Shown one piece after another: positions 19,046-26,895 of a stretch of DNA of 64,000 bases. The notes under the pieces were generated by a model that was given only the letters and a program-made list of their open reading frames with translations, was not told the DNA's origin and ran no database searches. Source of the DNA: a virus. The position numbers and the translations under genes are program-made. Every line of letters starts with the position of its first letter. The stretch's first letter is position 1. The DNA lies in the IMG/VR virus record IMGVR_UViG_3300008448_000002, positions 96,001 to 160,000 of that record; one strand, written 5' to 3'.

Positions 19046-19222
19046 ATGACACATGAATCAAAAACCACTGTTACGATTGAGATTGAATTACTCAAAGAAT
19101 TACTAAAAATAGCAAAAGAATATCATTCGGCTCTGTATCATGATAGGCAACCATATTGTGTGGTTAGTAGAAATTTAAATGAAATAACAGAAGAAGTCGA
19201 AAATTTATTGTATAATAGTTAG
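19046..19222 (+). CDS. Hypothetical protein (58 aa, not in ORF track)
   Basis: AAGGA SD, ATG 19046 to TAG 19220. Confidence 0.5.
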   Translation: MTHESKTTVTIEIELLKELLKIAKEYHSALYHDRQPYCVVSRNLNEITEEVENLLYNS

Positions 19223-19230
19223 GAAAAAAT

Positions 19231-19389
19231 ATGACACAAACAGTACAAGATTTAATTATTGAACTATCGCGGTTTAAACCCGAAACAGTAATTACTCCAA
19301 TGGTAGAAAACACTACTGTAAAAGTATTATATAACAAGGAAGATGAATCATCCGTATATATTGTCCCAATCTACAATGGAGAAAAATAA
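19231..19389 (+). CDS. Hypothetical protein (52 aa, not in ORF track)
   Basis: AGGA SD, ATG 19231; TAATG coupling to the next gene. Confidence 0.5.
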   Translation: MTQTVQDLIIELSRFKPETVITPMVENTTVKVLYNKEDESSVYIVPIYNGEK

Positions 19390-19688
19390 TGAGTGATAGA
19401 CATGTGCTTAAATTGAAAGTTGTTTTTTCATTTATTATTTGTATAATTTTACCAACATCATGTATGATTGTATTAACAAATCAAAAAATGACATTACAAG
19501 AACATATAAAACAAGAATCATCGAAACTTTATAATGTAAAATGTTATTCTGGGGGAGAAGTCATAATTGATGATACTGCCCAAGGTAAACCCTATAATTA
19601 CGGATATGGGGTATATAAATGGATATCAAGTATAGATGGTCAAGATAAAGAATGGGCTGGACCGTGTATTGCGACTTTAATAAAATAA
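19389..19688 (+). CDS. Membrane-anchored protein, paralog 1 of a tandem triplet
   Basis: TM helix followed by KCYSG...Y-x-W-x-S...W-x-G-x-C. Confidence 0.7.
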   Translation: MSDRHVLKLKVVFSFIICIILPTSCMIVLTNQKMTLQEHIKQESSKLYNVKCYSGGEVIIDDTAQGKPYNYGYGVYKWISSIDGQDKEWAGPCIATLIK

Positions 19689-19691
19689 CAA

Positions 19692-20033
19692 ATGAGAAAA
19701 CTAAATTATTATCATATAATAAGGGAACAGAATATGTTTGAAAAAATATTAAGTCTTTGTGGAATGGTTTTTATTATCATAACGGCACTGTTTTTAGTGA
19801 AATGTAACAAAGACTTAAACGCTGATATGAAAAATCTTCAAGAGCGACAACTTAAAGAATCAAAAGAAATACACAGTTTAAAGTGCTACTCAGGTACTAT
19901 GCTACTCCTCGAAGACACGTCTATTGGTCAAGTTTTTGAAGCAGGTGGCTACCAATGGGTTTCAAACACCACGGGCGAACGGAGATACTGGAACGGCGTT
20001 TGTGTTGTAAAATACATTGGGAGTAAAGAATAA
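19692..20033 (+). CDS. Membrane-anchored protein, paralog 2 of a tandem triplet
   Basis: TM helix followed by KCYSG...YQWVS...WNGVC. Confidence 0.7.
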   Translation: MRKLNYYHIIREQNMFEKILSLCGMVFIIITALFLVKCNKDLNADMKNLQERQLKESKEIHSLKCYSGTMLLLEDTSIGQVFEAGGYQWVSNTTGERRYWNGVCVVKYIGSKE

Positions 20034-20341
20034 TGGAAAAGAACGGTTTTCATCATAGACCCTATAATTTTTTTACTAGCTGGTTTGTGGTCACAAGCAT
20101 GATATTTTTTTGTATACTTGGGTTTGCCTTTATTTATGAAGAACAAACAGGGCAATTAAAGCAACGTAAAGAGAAAGAAAAAGTAATTCATAGCATTGAA
20201 TGCTATTCAGGAAACTTATTGCTCCTAGAAGACATCTCCATCGGTATAGTAGGCGATGTGGGAGCTTATTCTTGGACTTCAAAAATAGATGGTCAAGAAA
20301 AACGGTGGAATGGTGTTTGTGTTGTAAAATTATTGAAATAA
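20033..20341 (+). CDS. Membrane-anchored protein, paralog 3 of a tandem triplet
   Basis: TM helix followed by ECYSG...YSWTS...WNGVC. Confidence 0.7.
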   Translation: MEKNGFHHRPYNFFTSWFVVTSMIFFCILGFAFIYEEQTGQLKQRKEKEKVIHSIECYSGNLLLLEDISIGIVGDVGAYSWTSKIDGQEKRWNGVCVVKLLK

Positions 20342-20345
20342 CATT

Positions 20346-20429
20346 TGGGGACATGGCGGAAAGGTATACGCGAACGACTTAAAATCATTTGGTTTTTAAC
20401 TGGGGGATTCAAATCCCCTGTCCCTACCA
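20346..20429 (+). tRNA. Second, degenerate tRNA-Leu(UAA)
   Basis: GGGACA/TGTCCC acceptor with T1.T72 mismatch, TGGCGGAAAGGTATACGC D-arm, AACGA-CTTAAAA-TCATT anticodon arm with a C.A mismatch, irregular T-arm, encoded CCA. Confidence 0.65.
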
Positions 20430-20437
20430 TTTATATT

Positions 20438-20647
20438 ATGAAAACTCTTACAATAAACTCGTTAGTATATAATTATTTGATTGAACGTGTGATAACTTCA
20501 GATTTAGAATCCATTGTTATTGGACATGATGATTTTATTATCGACAGCTTTAACTATGGGATAGGGGGTTATTTTAACACATATTCTATAGCATTATACA
20601 ACGATGAACAATACAGAAAACCAACAATTTTTAAATTTAAATATTGA
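20438..20647 (+). CDS. Hypothetical protein
   Basis: ATG 20438 (MKTLTINS...) just after the tRNA; the track's TTG start at 20345 runs through the tRNA. Confidence 0.5.
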   Translation: MKTLTINSLVYNYLIERVITSDLESIVIGHDDFIIDSFNYGIGGYFNTYSIALYNDEQYRKPTIFKFKY

Positions 20648-20858
20648 TAAATGATATTGTATTTTTATTCAAGGTAATATATATAGTATTTTAATGAATA
20701 CCGATGATGAACAGACAACAAAAAATTATTTATAAATGATTATACTGGTGATATAAGTAAAATGGCAAGGATATGATTGTGGAAAAAATTATTTATAGAT
20801 GGACAAAATAATTGTTGACTCGGTAGATATAGAATGATAGTATATTTATAGAATAAAA

Positions 20859-20882
20859 GAAAGGGGCTTTATGCCCCTTTCA
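20859..20882. terminator. Intrinsic terminator hairpin downstream of the major capsid gene
   Basis: AAAGGGGC-TTTAT-GCCCCTTT; gives a U-tract on the minus strand about 25 nt after the gp23 stop. Confidence 0.75.
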
Positions 20883-20906
20883 GTAGAATAGAAAGTAGTA
20901 AAATGA

Positions 20907-22121
20907 TTACTGGAAGCGAATGTTAGAGCTAATCCCAACAAGACCCAAATAGTCAGCACTGTTTCCAAAACTTGAAACAGTATTTGTAAGCTCTTTGTAC
21001 CCGTAACGTGTCATGAATGAAACGGTAGGTTCAAAGGTTGATGGGTCAATGATAACGCCAGTAGATTGTAGTGGGATATATGGGCAATAGAAAGCGGCAG
21101 CGTCCGTTTCAGTTGTGCCTTTATAACCAACCAATACTGAAGTTGTGTCATTAGCGAATTGGTCAACATAGATTCTCATTGAGTTATTCAAAGTACCAAC
21201 GAACTTTGTGTTAGTTGGAGCATCAAATACACCTTCAGTTGTGCGAGCAAAAGCAGATGTCGTAGCAGATTGAAGAATTGTCAATGCTGTGTTTGATACA
21301 ACTGCCCAGTTAGCGGCACCACGTCTTGTGCGTTGAGCAACGAGGTTAGCTTGACGGTTAATTAATGTTGCCAAAGCAGCATGTTCATCACCAACAAAAG
21401 TTGCTGTACCAGAAATGTTGTTTTGGTCATAGATTGCCGTAGGTGAACCAGGAAGAGCACGGAGTGATTGTAGAATCTCTTGGTCAATTTCGGCAGTAAT
21501 TTCTTGTGCCAAAACAGCCATGATTTCTTGCTCCATGTCAATACCTTGTTGTGATTGAGCATCTTGAGCAGCTTCAAAAGTCCAACGAGCAGACAGTTTA
21601 CGGCTTTTCGCTTCAACTGTTTCTTTCAGGATTTGAATGCTAAGACCATTACCACCACGTCCTTCAAGGGCAGCAGTAGCAGCACCAGCAGGAGCAGAAA
21701 TTGATTCGTTACCAGAGTAATAACGAGCAATGTCAAATGGAGACATAGCTTCTGTACCAGCCGTTGTGTAACCAGCACCAGATGCGGGAACGGTGTTAGA
21801 ATAACGGAAACGCAAAGTATGAATTTGACCAACTGGACCAGTCATAGGTTGTACACCGATGATTTCGTTAGCAATTACGGTTGGCATTACACGTCTCAAT
21901 ACAGGGAGAATTACCTTGTTGAGTACAGCAATGTTACCAGAAGATGTTGCGCCAGCAGTTGCTTGCTCCATCAGGCTTCTTTTTGTATTTTCAAGAAGGG
22001 TTTCCATAATTTGTTTTTTAGAACTATTTTTAGAACCATCTTGGTTGTGTGTTAAGTCACGACCTTCAAGCAATTTTTCTTTTGCCAGCGTCCATGTATT
22101 TCCTTCAAATAATTTAGACAT
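20907..22121 (-). CDS. gp23: Major capsid protein (T4 gp23-like)
   Basis: VILPVLRRVMPTVIANEIIGVQPMTGPVGQIHTLR, VEAKSRKLSARWTFEAAQDA, EITAEID, FYCPYIPL, FMTRYG. Confidence 0.97.
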   Translation of the reverse strand: MSKLFEGNTWTLAKEKLLEGRDLTHNQDGSKNSSKKQIMETLLENTKRSLMEQATAGATSSGNIAVLNKVILPVLRRVMPTVIANEIIGVQPMTGPVGQIHTLRFRYSNTVPASGAGYTTAGTEAMSPFDIARYYSGNESISAPAGAATAALEGRGGNGLSIQILKETVEAKSRKLSARWTFEAAQDAQSQQGIDMEQEIMAVLAQEITAEIDQEILQSLRALPGSPTAIYDQNNISGTATFVGDEHAALATLINRQANLVAQRTRRGAANWAVVSNTALTILQSATTSAFARTTEGVFDAPTNTKFVGTLNNSMRIYVDQFANDTTSVLVGYKGTTETDAAAFYCPYIPLQSTGVIIDPSTFEPTVSFMTRYGYKELTNTVSSFGNSADYLGLVGISSNIRFQ

Positions 22122-22145
22122 AATTTTATCCTTTCGTCTTTATAA

Positions 22146-23366
22146 TTATTGTTTGTTAATTCCAGCCAAACGAGCAATATCGAATATCACATCATTTTGG
22201 TCAGAATATTCTTGTGATTCTTCTAAGATTACTTTTTTGTTACCTGTCATCGCTGACATCTTGGAAGATTTAGTTTCATTCAACTGTTGTTTTAATGGCT
22301 TCATTTCGCCAATAACACCAGGTAAATACTTATTGAAAGACTCTTGTAATCTTGGTGTTGATACACCTTCGAGTAATCTTCCCATAATTTCTTGTTTGTC
22401 TCTTGGTAGGTTTACGAGCAAGGTGTTGAGAGTTTTTTCTCTTGTTGCTTTTTCTTCTACGATACCAACTTTGTGTTTAACACTTTCATACAGAGTCTTG
22501 TTTTTGTTCAATTCATTGATTGATTCCGCAAGCTGTTTTTTTGTTTCGGTAAGTTCTTTAAACATTTTTTTAGTTTGGGTAGATTCACTAAGATTAGAAC
22601 CCAAAAACTCATGATAAAATGTTTCATAGATTCTTTTTCCGAGTTTATTTTCTTTAGCTACTTGAATATCTTCTTTCAATTGACCCAATTCTTTTTCCAA
22701 GGTTGATTGAATTGTTTGTTCAACAAGTGGAGCAGCTCTTTTGATAAAATTGTCTTTTAGTTCGGCAAGTTTTTCTTTGCTTTCTTTGACAATTCTTACT
22801 TTTGTATTGGCAAGGTCTTTTACATCTTCATGAAGCTCTGTAATTTCTTTTTGTAATTGCTCAAGAATGAATCCTTCAAACTTTTGAATTTTTTTGTTGT
22901 ATTCTTCTTTAAGTTGTTTAATTTCTTCTTGTTTTTCAATATGAAGCTGTTTTTGGTCTTCTTTGAGTTCAGTCAATTCTTTTTGTAATTCATCGGTAAT
23001 GAAGGTTTCAATCAAACTTGTATGACTTTTAATTTTATCATTGTATTGTTTTCTTGATTCTTGAATAGTATTTGTTAATTTCACTCTTGCTTCTTTGAGT
23101 TTATTAACTTCTTCTATTGACTCTTTTGCCTGTTCTGTGATAACATCAGTAATCATGGAGTTCATAGCCTCTACAATTCTTTCCTTATCGTGTTCAAACT
23201 TTGTAGAAAACTCGCGTCTGATGCTTTCTTCAAGTGCTTGGCGCATGTCCGTGCGTTCTTCATCAAGTTTTTCTTGTAGGGCTTGTTTTAATTCTACTTT
23301 TGTCTCTTCATTTAAGAGGTCTGACTGTAGTAATTCAAATATTTTGTTACTCATTTTTAACTCCAA
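22146..23366 (-). CDS. Prohead scaffold protein (gp22-like)
   Basis: Long Glu/Lys coiled-coil protein located between the protease and the capsid gene. Confidence 0.8.
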   Translation of the reverse strand: MELKMSNKIFELLQSDLLNEETKVELKQALQEKLDEERTDMRQALEESIRREFSTKFEHDKERIVEAMNSMITDVITEQAKESIEEVNKLKEARVKLTNTIQESRKQYNDKIKSHTSLIETFITDELQKELTELKEDQKQLHIEKQEEIKQLKEEYNKKIQKFEGFILEQLQKEITELHEDVKDLANTKVRIVKESKEKLAELKDNFIKRAAPLVEQTIQSTLEKELGQLKEDIQVAKENKLGKRIYETFYHEFLGSNLSESTQTKKMFKELTETKKQLAESINELNKNKTLYESVKHKVGIVEEKATREKTLNTLLVNLPRDKQEIMGRLLEGVSTPRLQESFNKYLPGVIGEMKPLKQQLNETKSSKMSAMTGNKKVILEESQEYSDQNDVIFDIARLAGINKQ

Positions 23367-23990
23367 TTATAAACTTCTAATCCACTCGATTAGTTCTTTT
23401 TTCAAATGTTTTTCTGCTTTTGGGTCATATGTTAAAGATTTAGATAAATCTTCGATTATTGACCCTCTATTTCTAAAATTCCATGCTTCGTAGATGGGTT
23501 TTGGATAAGCATTTGGTGCCGATGGATTTGCTACAATATCAATTGTAACAATTTGATAATCTTTTACATTACCATAGTCATCAACATCGCCTGAACCTCT
23601 GCTTGACACGCCCAATAATACTTTGCTATCTAATAAAACCTTAACAATATTTCCCGATGGTGTTGGAAGAACTTTAAGTTTCCCACATCCATTATCACCG
23701 TCCATTTTGATTTCTGTAATCATGTGAGAAACGGTTGCTAAATTAATATTTAAACCCGATGGATGGTCTGCCTCTCCTAAAATTGGCATTCCACTTTTAA
23801 TTCTTTCATTCATCTGGTCTACGGCTTTACTAATTTCCGACACGGGGTAAATTCTACCATTTTGGTTTTTCTTATTACCTTGTACAAAAATACCACACAT
23901 ATACAGGCTTTTAGAACCATTGGAATCTTGAGATTCTTCTAGTTTCATATTTGCCTGATTAAATGCGTAATTTTCTTGTAGCATCAACAT
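23367..23990 (-). CDS. gp21: Prohead protease (T4 gp21-like)
   Basis: N-x-NGRIYP, GEADHP, GVSSRGSG, DIVANPSAPNAYP. Confidence 0.95.
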   Translation of the reverse strand: MLMLQENYAFNQANMKLEESQDSNGSKSLYMCGIFVQGNKKNQNGRIYPVSEISKAVDQMNERIKSGMPILGEADHPSGLNINLATVSHMITEIKMDGDNGCGKLKVLPTPSGNIVKVLLDSKVLLGVSSRGSGDVDDYGNVKDYQIVTIDIVANPSAPNAYPKPIYEAWNFRNRGSIIEDLSKSLTYDPKAEKHLKKELIEWIRSL

Positions 23991-23998
23991 AGTTTGTA

Positions 23999-24823
23999 TT
24001 ACTTTCTACCACTGATAGGGCTAACTTTATTACCTTTAGGTTGTACTGGTTGACTAACTTTTACAGGTGTAAGTTTGTTTGGATTTTTAGAAGCAGGAAG
24101 TTTTTTAACTTCAATGTTCATAGTTTCTGGTTGTTTGTTTTTCTTAAACTTGTAACCAGCATCATCCTTGATTGTTTTACCTGAAATAAGTGATTTACTT
24201 TGCTGAGTTACAGATTTACCATTTGAAAACTTACCATCATCATTATGTGCTTTTACCGCTTCGAGATTAAAAGATTCTTCGAGGTCATCATAGTCTTCAT
24301 CATCAACGGTAATGTCTTCAAACTTGAGTTCATCCATATCTACATCCGCATCGGATTCCATAACTTCATCTTCTTCTGTAATTTCATCTTCTGCTGTTAT
24401 TTCATCATCCATGTCTGATTCCATAACTTCATCCTCTTCGGACTTCATCAATTCTTCAAACTCTGCTTTTAAACGAGCGAGTTCATCTTCGATGTTATCA
24501 ACACGGTCTTCAACTTGTTCTAAATCTGTTTCTTCTGTGTCAAAATCAGCTTCGCCATCTATTTCAAATGATTCATCATCGCTTTCATCGCTGTCAGTTT
24601 CAAATGATTCATCATCCATCACTGGTGTATCATCGCCAAATGTTTCTTCACTATCAATTTCATTCATGCTATCTTCAATTTCTTGTGTAGATTCGGCATC
24701 TTCTTGTAGGCTTTCATAAATACTTCTTGCTTTTTCAACATGAAAATCATGTAGCATTTCTTTTGCTTTTTCTGATTCACCGTTTACAATGTATTCAATG
24801 ATTGTTTTTAAATCTGTAGTCAT
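23999..24823 (-). CDS. Highly acidic prohead core protein
   Basis: Asp/Glu-rich with a basic C-terminus; position between portal and protease; many (L/I/M)xE motifs. Confidence 0.7.
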   Translation of the reverse strand: MTTDLKTIIEYIVNGESEKAKEMLHDFHVEKARSIYESLQEDAESTQEIEDSMNEIDSEETFGDDTPVMDDESFETDSDESDDESFEIDGEADFDTEETDLEQVEDRVDNIEDELARLKAEFEELMKSEEDEVMESDMDDEITAEDEITEEDEVMESDADVDMDELKFEDITVDDEDYDDLEESFNLEAVKAHNDDGKFSNGKSVTQQSKSLISGKTIKDDAGYKFKKNKQPETMNIEVKKLPASKNPNKLTPVKVSQPVQPKGNKVSPISGRK

Positions 24824-24854
24824 AAATTAAGCTCCTAACTCGTTTCTCATTAAC

Positions 24855-24862
24855 TATTTATA
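24855..24862 (-). promoter_or_regulatory. T4-type late promoter (head core operon)
   Basis: TATAAATA on the minus strand about 30 nt upstream of the 24823 start. Confidence 0.65.
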
Positions 24863-24906
24863 TAAAAATAGTTTTATTGTTGTTTTAATGTGTTTTTTAT
24901 GTAATT

Positions 24907-25104
24907 TTATTGATTTTCTTCTGGCTTGCCGTAAATTTTTTGTATGGTTTGACTTCTTTTTACGTTTTCAAGGTTTTTTGTTGCCTTAATCTTCTTAAGT
25001 CGATTTACATCACCAAGGGTTAATTTTGGTCCAGCCTTGTCTATTTTTTTACTGTTTACTTCGTCATTCTTTGGTGTATAGTAATTATGTATATCATTAC
25101 TCAT
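24907..25104 (-). CDS. Small basic head-module protein
   Basis: Overlaps the portal stop; KLTLGDVNRLKKIK. Confidence 0.6.
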   Translation of the reverse strand: MSNDIHNYYTPKNDEVNSKKIDKAGPKLTLGDVNRLKKIKATKNLENVKRSQTIQKIYGKPEENQ

Positions 25105-26851
25105 CTTCGACTCTTTCTGGTTCAGTTAAAGATGTTCCACTACCTAATGGACTTTCTGAACCTTCTTCTCTATCATTATTTATATCTTCTTCGTCTTCTT
25201 CTTGATTTTCATCATCTTGTTCTGCCTTAATACCAATTGAACTTAATTTTGTATTATCATCTGATTCGATGGATTCCTCACTAAACTTATCTGGATTTTC
25301 TTCTTTCAACAGAATTTCATTTTCTGTTATTTCTTCTGTTGTTAATCCGAGGTAACGTTTTAGGATGAATCGTTTACTCAAATAAGGGACATCCGATAAT
25401 GGTGTAAATACATTGATTTGCGCCGTATCTCTTTCAATTTGAGCAAATTGTCTAAAGTTTTGTGGAGGAGTAAATTCCAATTCAAACGTATTAGAGGAAA
25501 TATTGAATCCTCTTTTTTTAACAAATAATTTAAATTCTTGGTCAAATACATCAGAAATTGTCTTTTGTATTCTTTGGCAATATTTTGAAAATCTAAATTC
25601 TTGTATATAAGCTGTGCCAACTCTACCATCGGTAACAGCCTGTGTACTATCTTCTGGGCCAGTTGGAAGATAACTTGATGGTACTCTTAATCCCCTAATT
25701 AATTTATTATTGAAAAACTTTAAATCATCAATCTGTCCAAGATTTTCTCCACCTGGTAATGTTTCAACTTTACTTCCTCTACCAGATGTAGTAACTGGAA
25801 AGAAAAAATCTTCCAGCATTGACATCGGATTATAAGATGAATCAACTACGTTTCCGTTCTGTCCATTTCTGGATGGTATTCTTCTTTGATGTACTTCATT
25901 TTTAACTCTTTCAACCCATTGTTGTGCCTTATGGGGTGGTTGGTCGCCAACATCAATATAAAAGACTCTTCTTTCTGGTGCCCGTTGTATACGATAAATT
26001 AGGATAGCATCTTCTAATAATTCTTTTTGTTTATATACTTTAAATACTGGTTCTAGTACAGATACGCCAAACGGCCACGATGCGTCTAAACCTTCACTTA
26101 AACTTAAATGTACAAAGTGTGTTGAATCTATGGCAAACACATTGGTGCCATTTTGATTAAATCTACTAGTTCTGTTTCCCGAATAGGTGTTATTGTTGTT
26201 GTAACTATTTTGATTAAATGTGGTTGATAATCCATTCCCTCTATCCAGCGAACTAACTCCATCACCCACTAAGTTAGTACCAAATGTACTTGGATTAGTC
26301 GCCGTATCAGCTACAAAATTAAAATCAACATCTCTTACGACATAATGTGTGATTTCTTTTCCTTTTCCTTCGTTTACAAATATTTTTTGTACTTTGGAAG
26401 GTTCTACCCAGAACCATTCAAAGGTATCTGGATTTCTAATGAAAAATTGGTCGCCGTATTTTAATGTATTTCTAACAATTCTCCATATCTTCTTACGGAA
26501 ACTATTTAAACTGTACCATTGTTGTAAAGTTGTTTTTAATATTTGTACTTCGGCTTCTGATGGGTTATATCCTTTATAATCAATAGTGAAACACATACCA
26601 GAATCATCGTCTGGCTGAGTACAAAAATCACTAATTGTATCTAATGCTGCGTTAATTTCAGGGTCTTGGTCCATTGTATCATATTGACCATAGCGTTCTA
26701 TACGATACGGATGCCCAGCATACACATCTGGTAAATAATTTGTTCTTTCTGATTTATTCGCGGGTTTATCGGGTATTCTTACATCTTTACCAATTTCCCT
26801 ATTTAATCTTGTGTTTTTGTCAACAACGGTAAAATGTTTGGTCCAACTCAT
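25097..26851 (-). CDS. gp20: Portal vertex protein (T4 gp20-like)
   Basis: EDAILIYRIQRAPERRVFYIDVG, SMLEDFFFP, GRGSKVETLPGGENLGQIDD, RGLRVPSS. Confidence 0.97.
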   Translation of the reverse strand: MSWTKHFTVVDKNTRLNREIGKDVRIPDKPANKSERTNYLPDVYAGHPYRIERYGQYDTMDQDPEINAALDTISDFCTQPDDDSGMCFTIDYKGYNPSEAEVQILKTTLQQWYSLNSFRKKIWRIVRNTLKYGDQFFIRNPDTFEWFWVEPSKVQKIFVNEGKGKEITHYVVRDVDFNFVADTATNPSTFGTNLVGDGVSSLDRGNGLSTTFNQNSYNNNNTYSGNRTSRFNQNGTNVFAIDSTHFVHLSLSEGLDASWPFGVSVLEPVFKVYKQKELLEDAILIYRIQRAPERRVFYIDVGDQPPHKAQQWVERVKNEVHQRRIPSRNGQNGNVVDSSYNPMSMLEDFFFPVTTSGRGSKVETLPGGENLGQIDDLKFFNNKLIRGLRVPSSYLPTGPEDSTQAVTDGRVGTAYIQEFRFSKYCQRIQKTISDVFDQEFKLFVKKRGFNISSNTFELEFTPPQNFRQFAQIERDTAQINVFTPLSDVPYLSKRFILKRYLGLTTEEITENEILLKEENPDKFSEESIESDDNTKLSSIGIKAEQDDENQEEDEEDINNDREEGSESPLGSGTSLTEPERVEDE

Positions 26852-26895
26852 GTGATTTCTTCTTTGTTTATATATACAATGCTATTTAGTATTTT

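Noticed and set aside
20345-20437. TTG-started N-terminal extension of the 20438 ORF
   Set aside because: Runs through the tRNA-Leu-like sequence; ATG 20438 is the plausible start.
20650-20810. Possible structured ncRNA or pseudogene in the ORF-poor gap
   Set aside because: AT-rich with no convincing stem; only short ORF fragments, too weak to call.
21859-22614. 251-aa plus-strand ORF
   Set aside because: Antisense shadow of the capsid and scaffold genes; no SD or recognisable motif.
24312-24719. Ser-rich 135-aa ORF
   Set aside because: Reverse complement of Asp/Glu codons in the acidic core gene.
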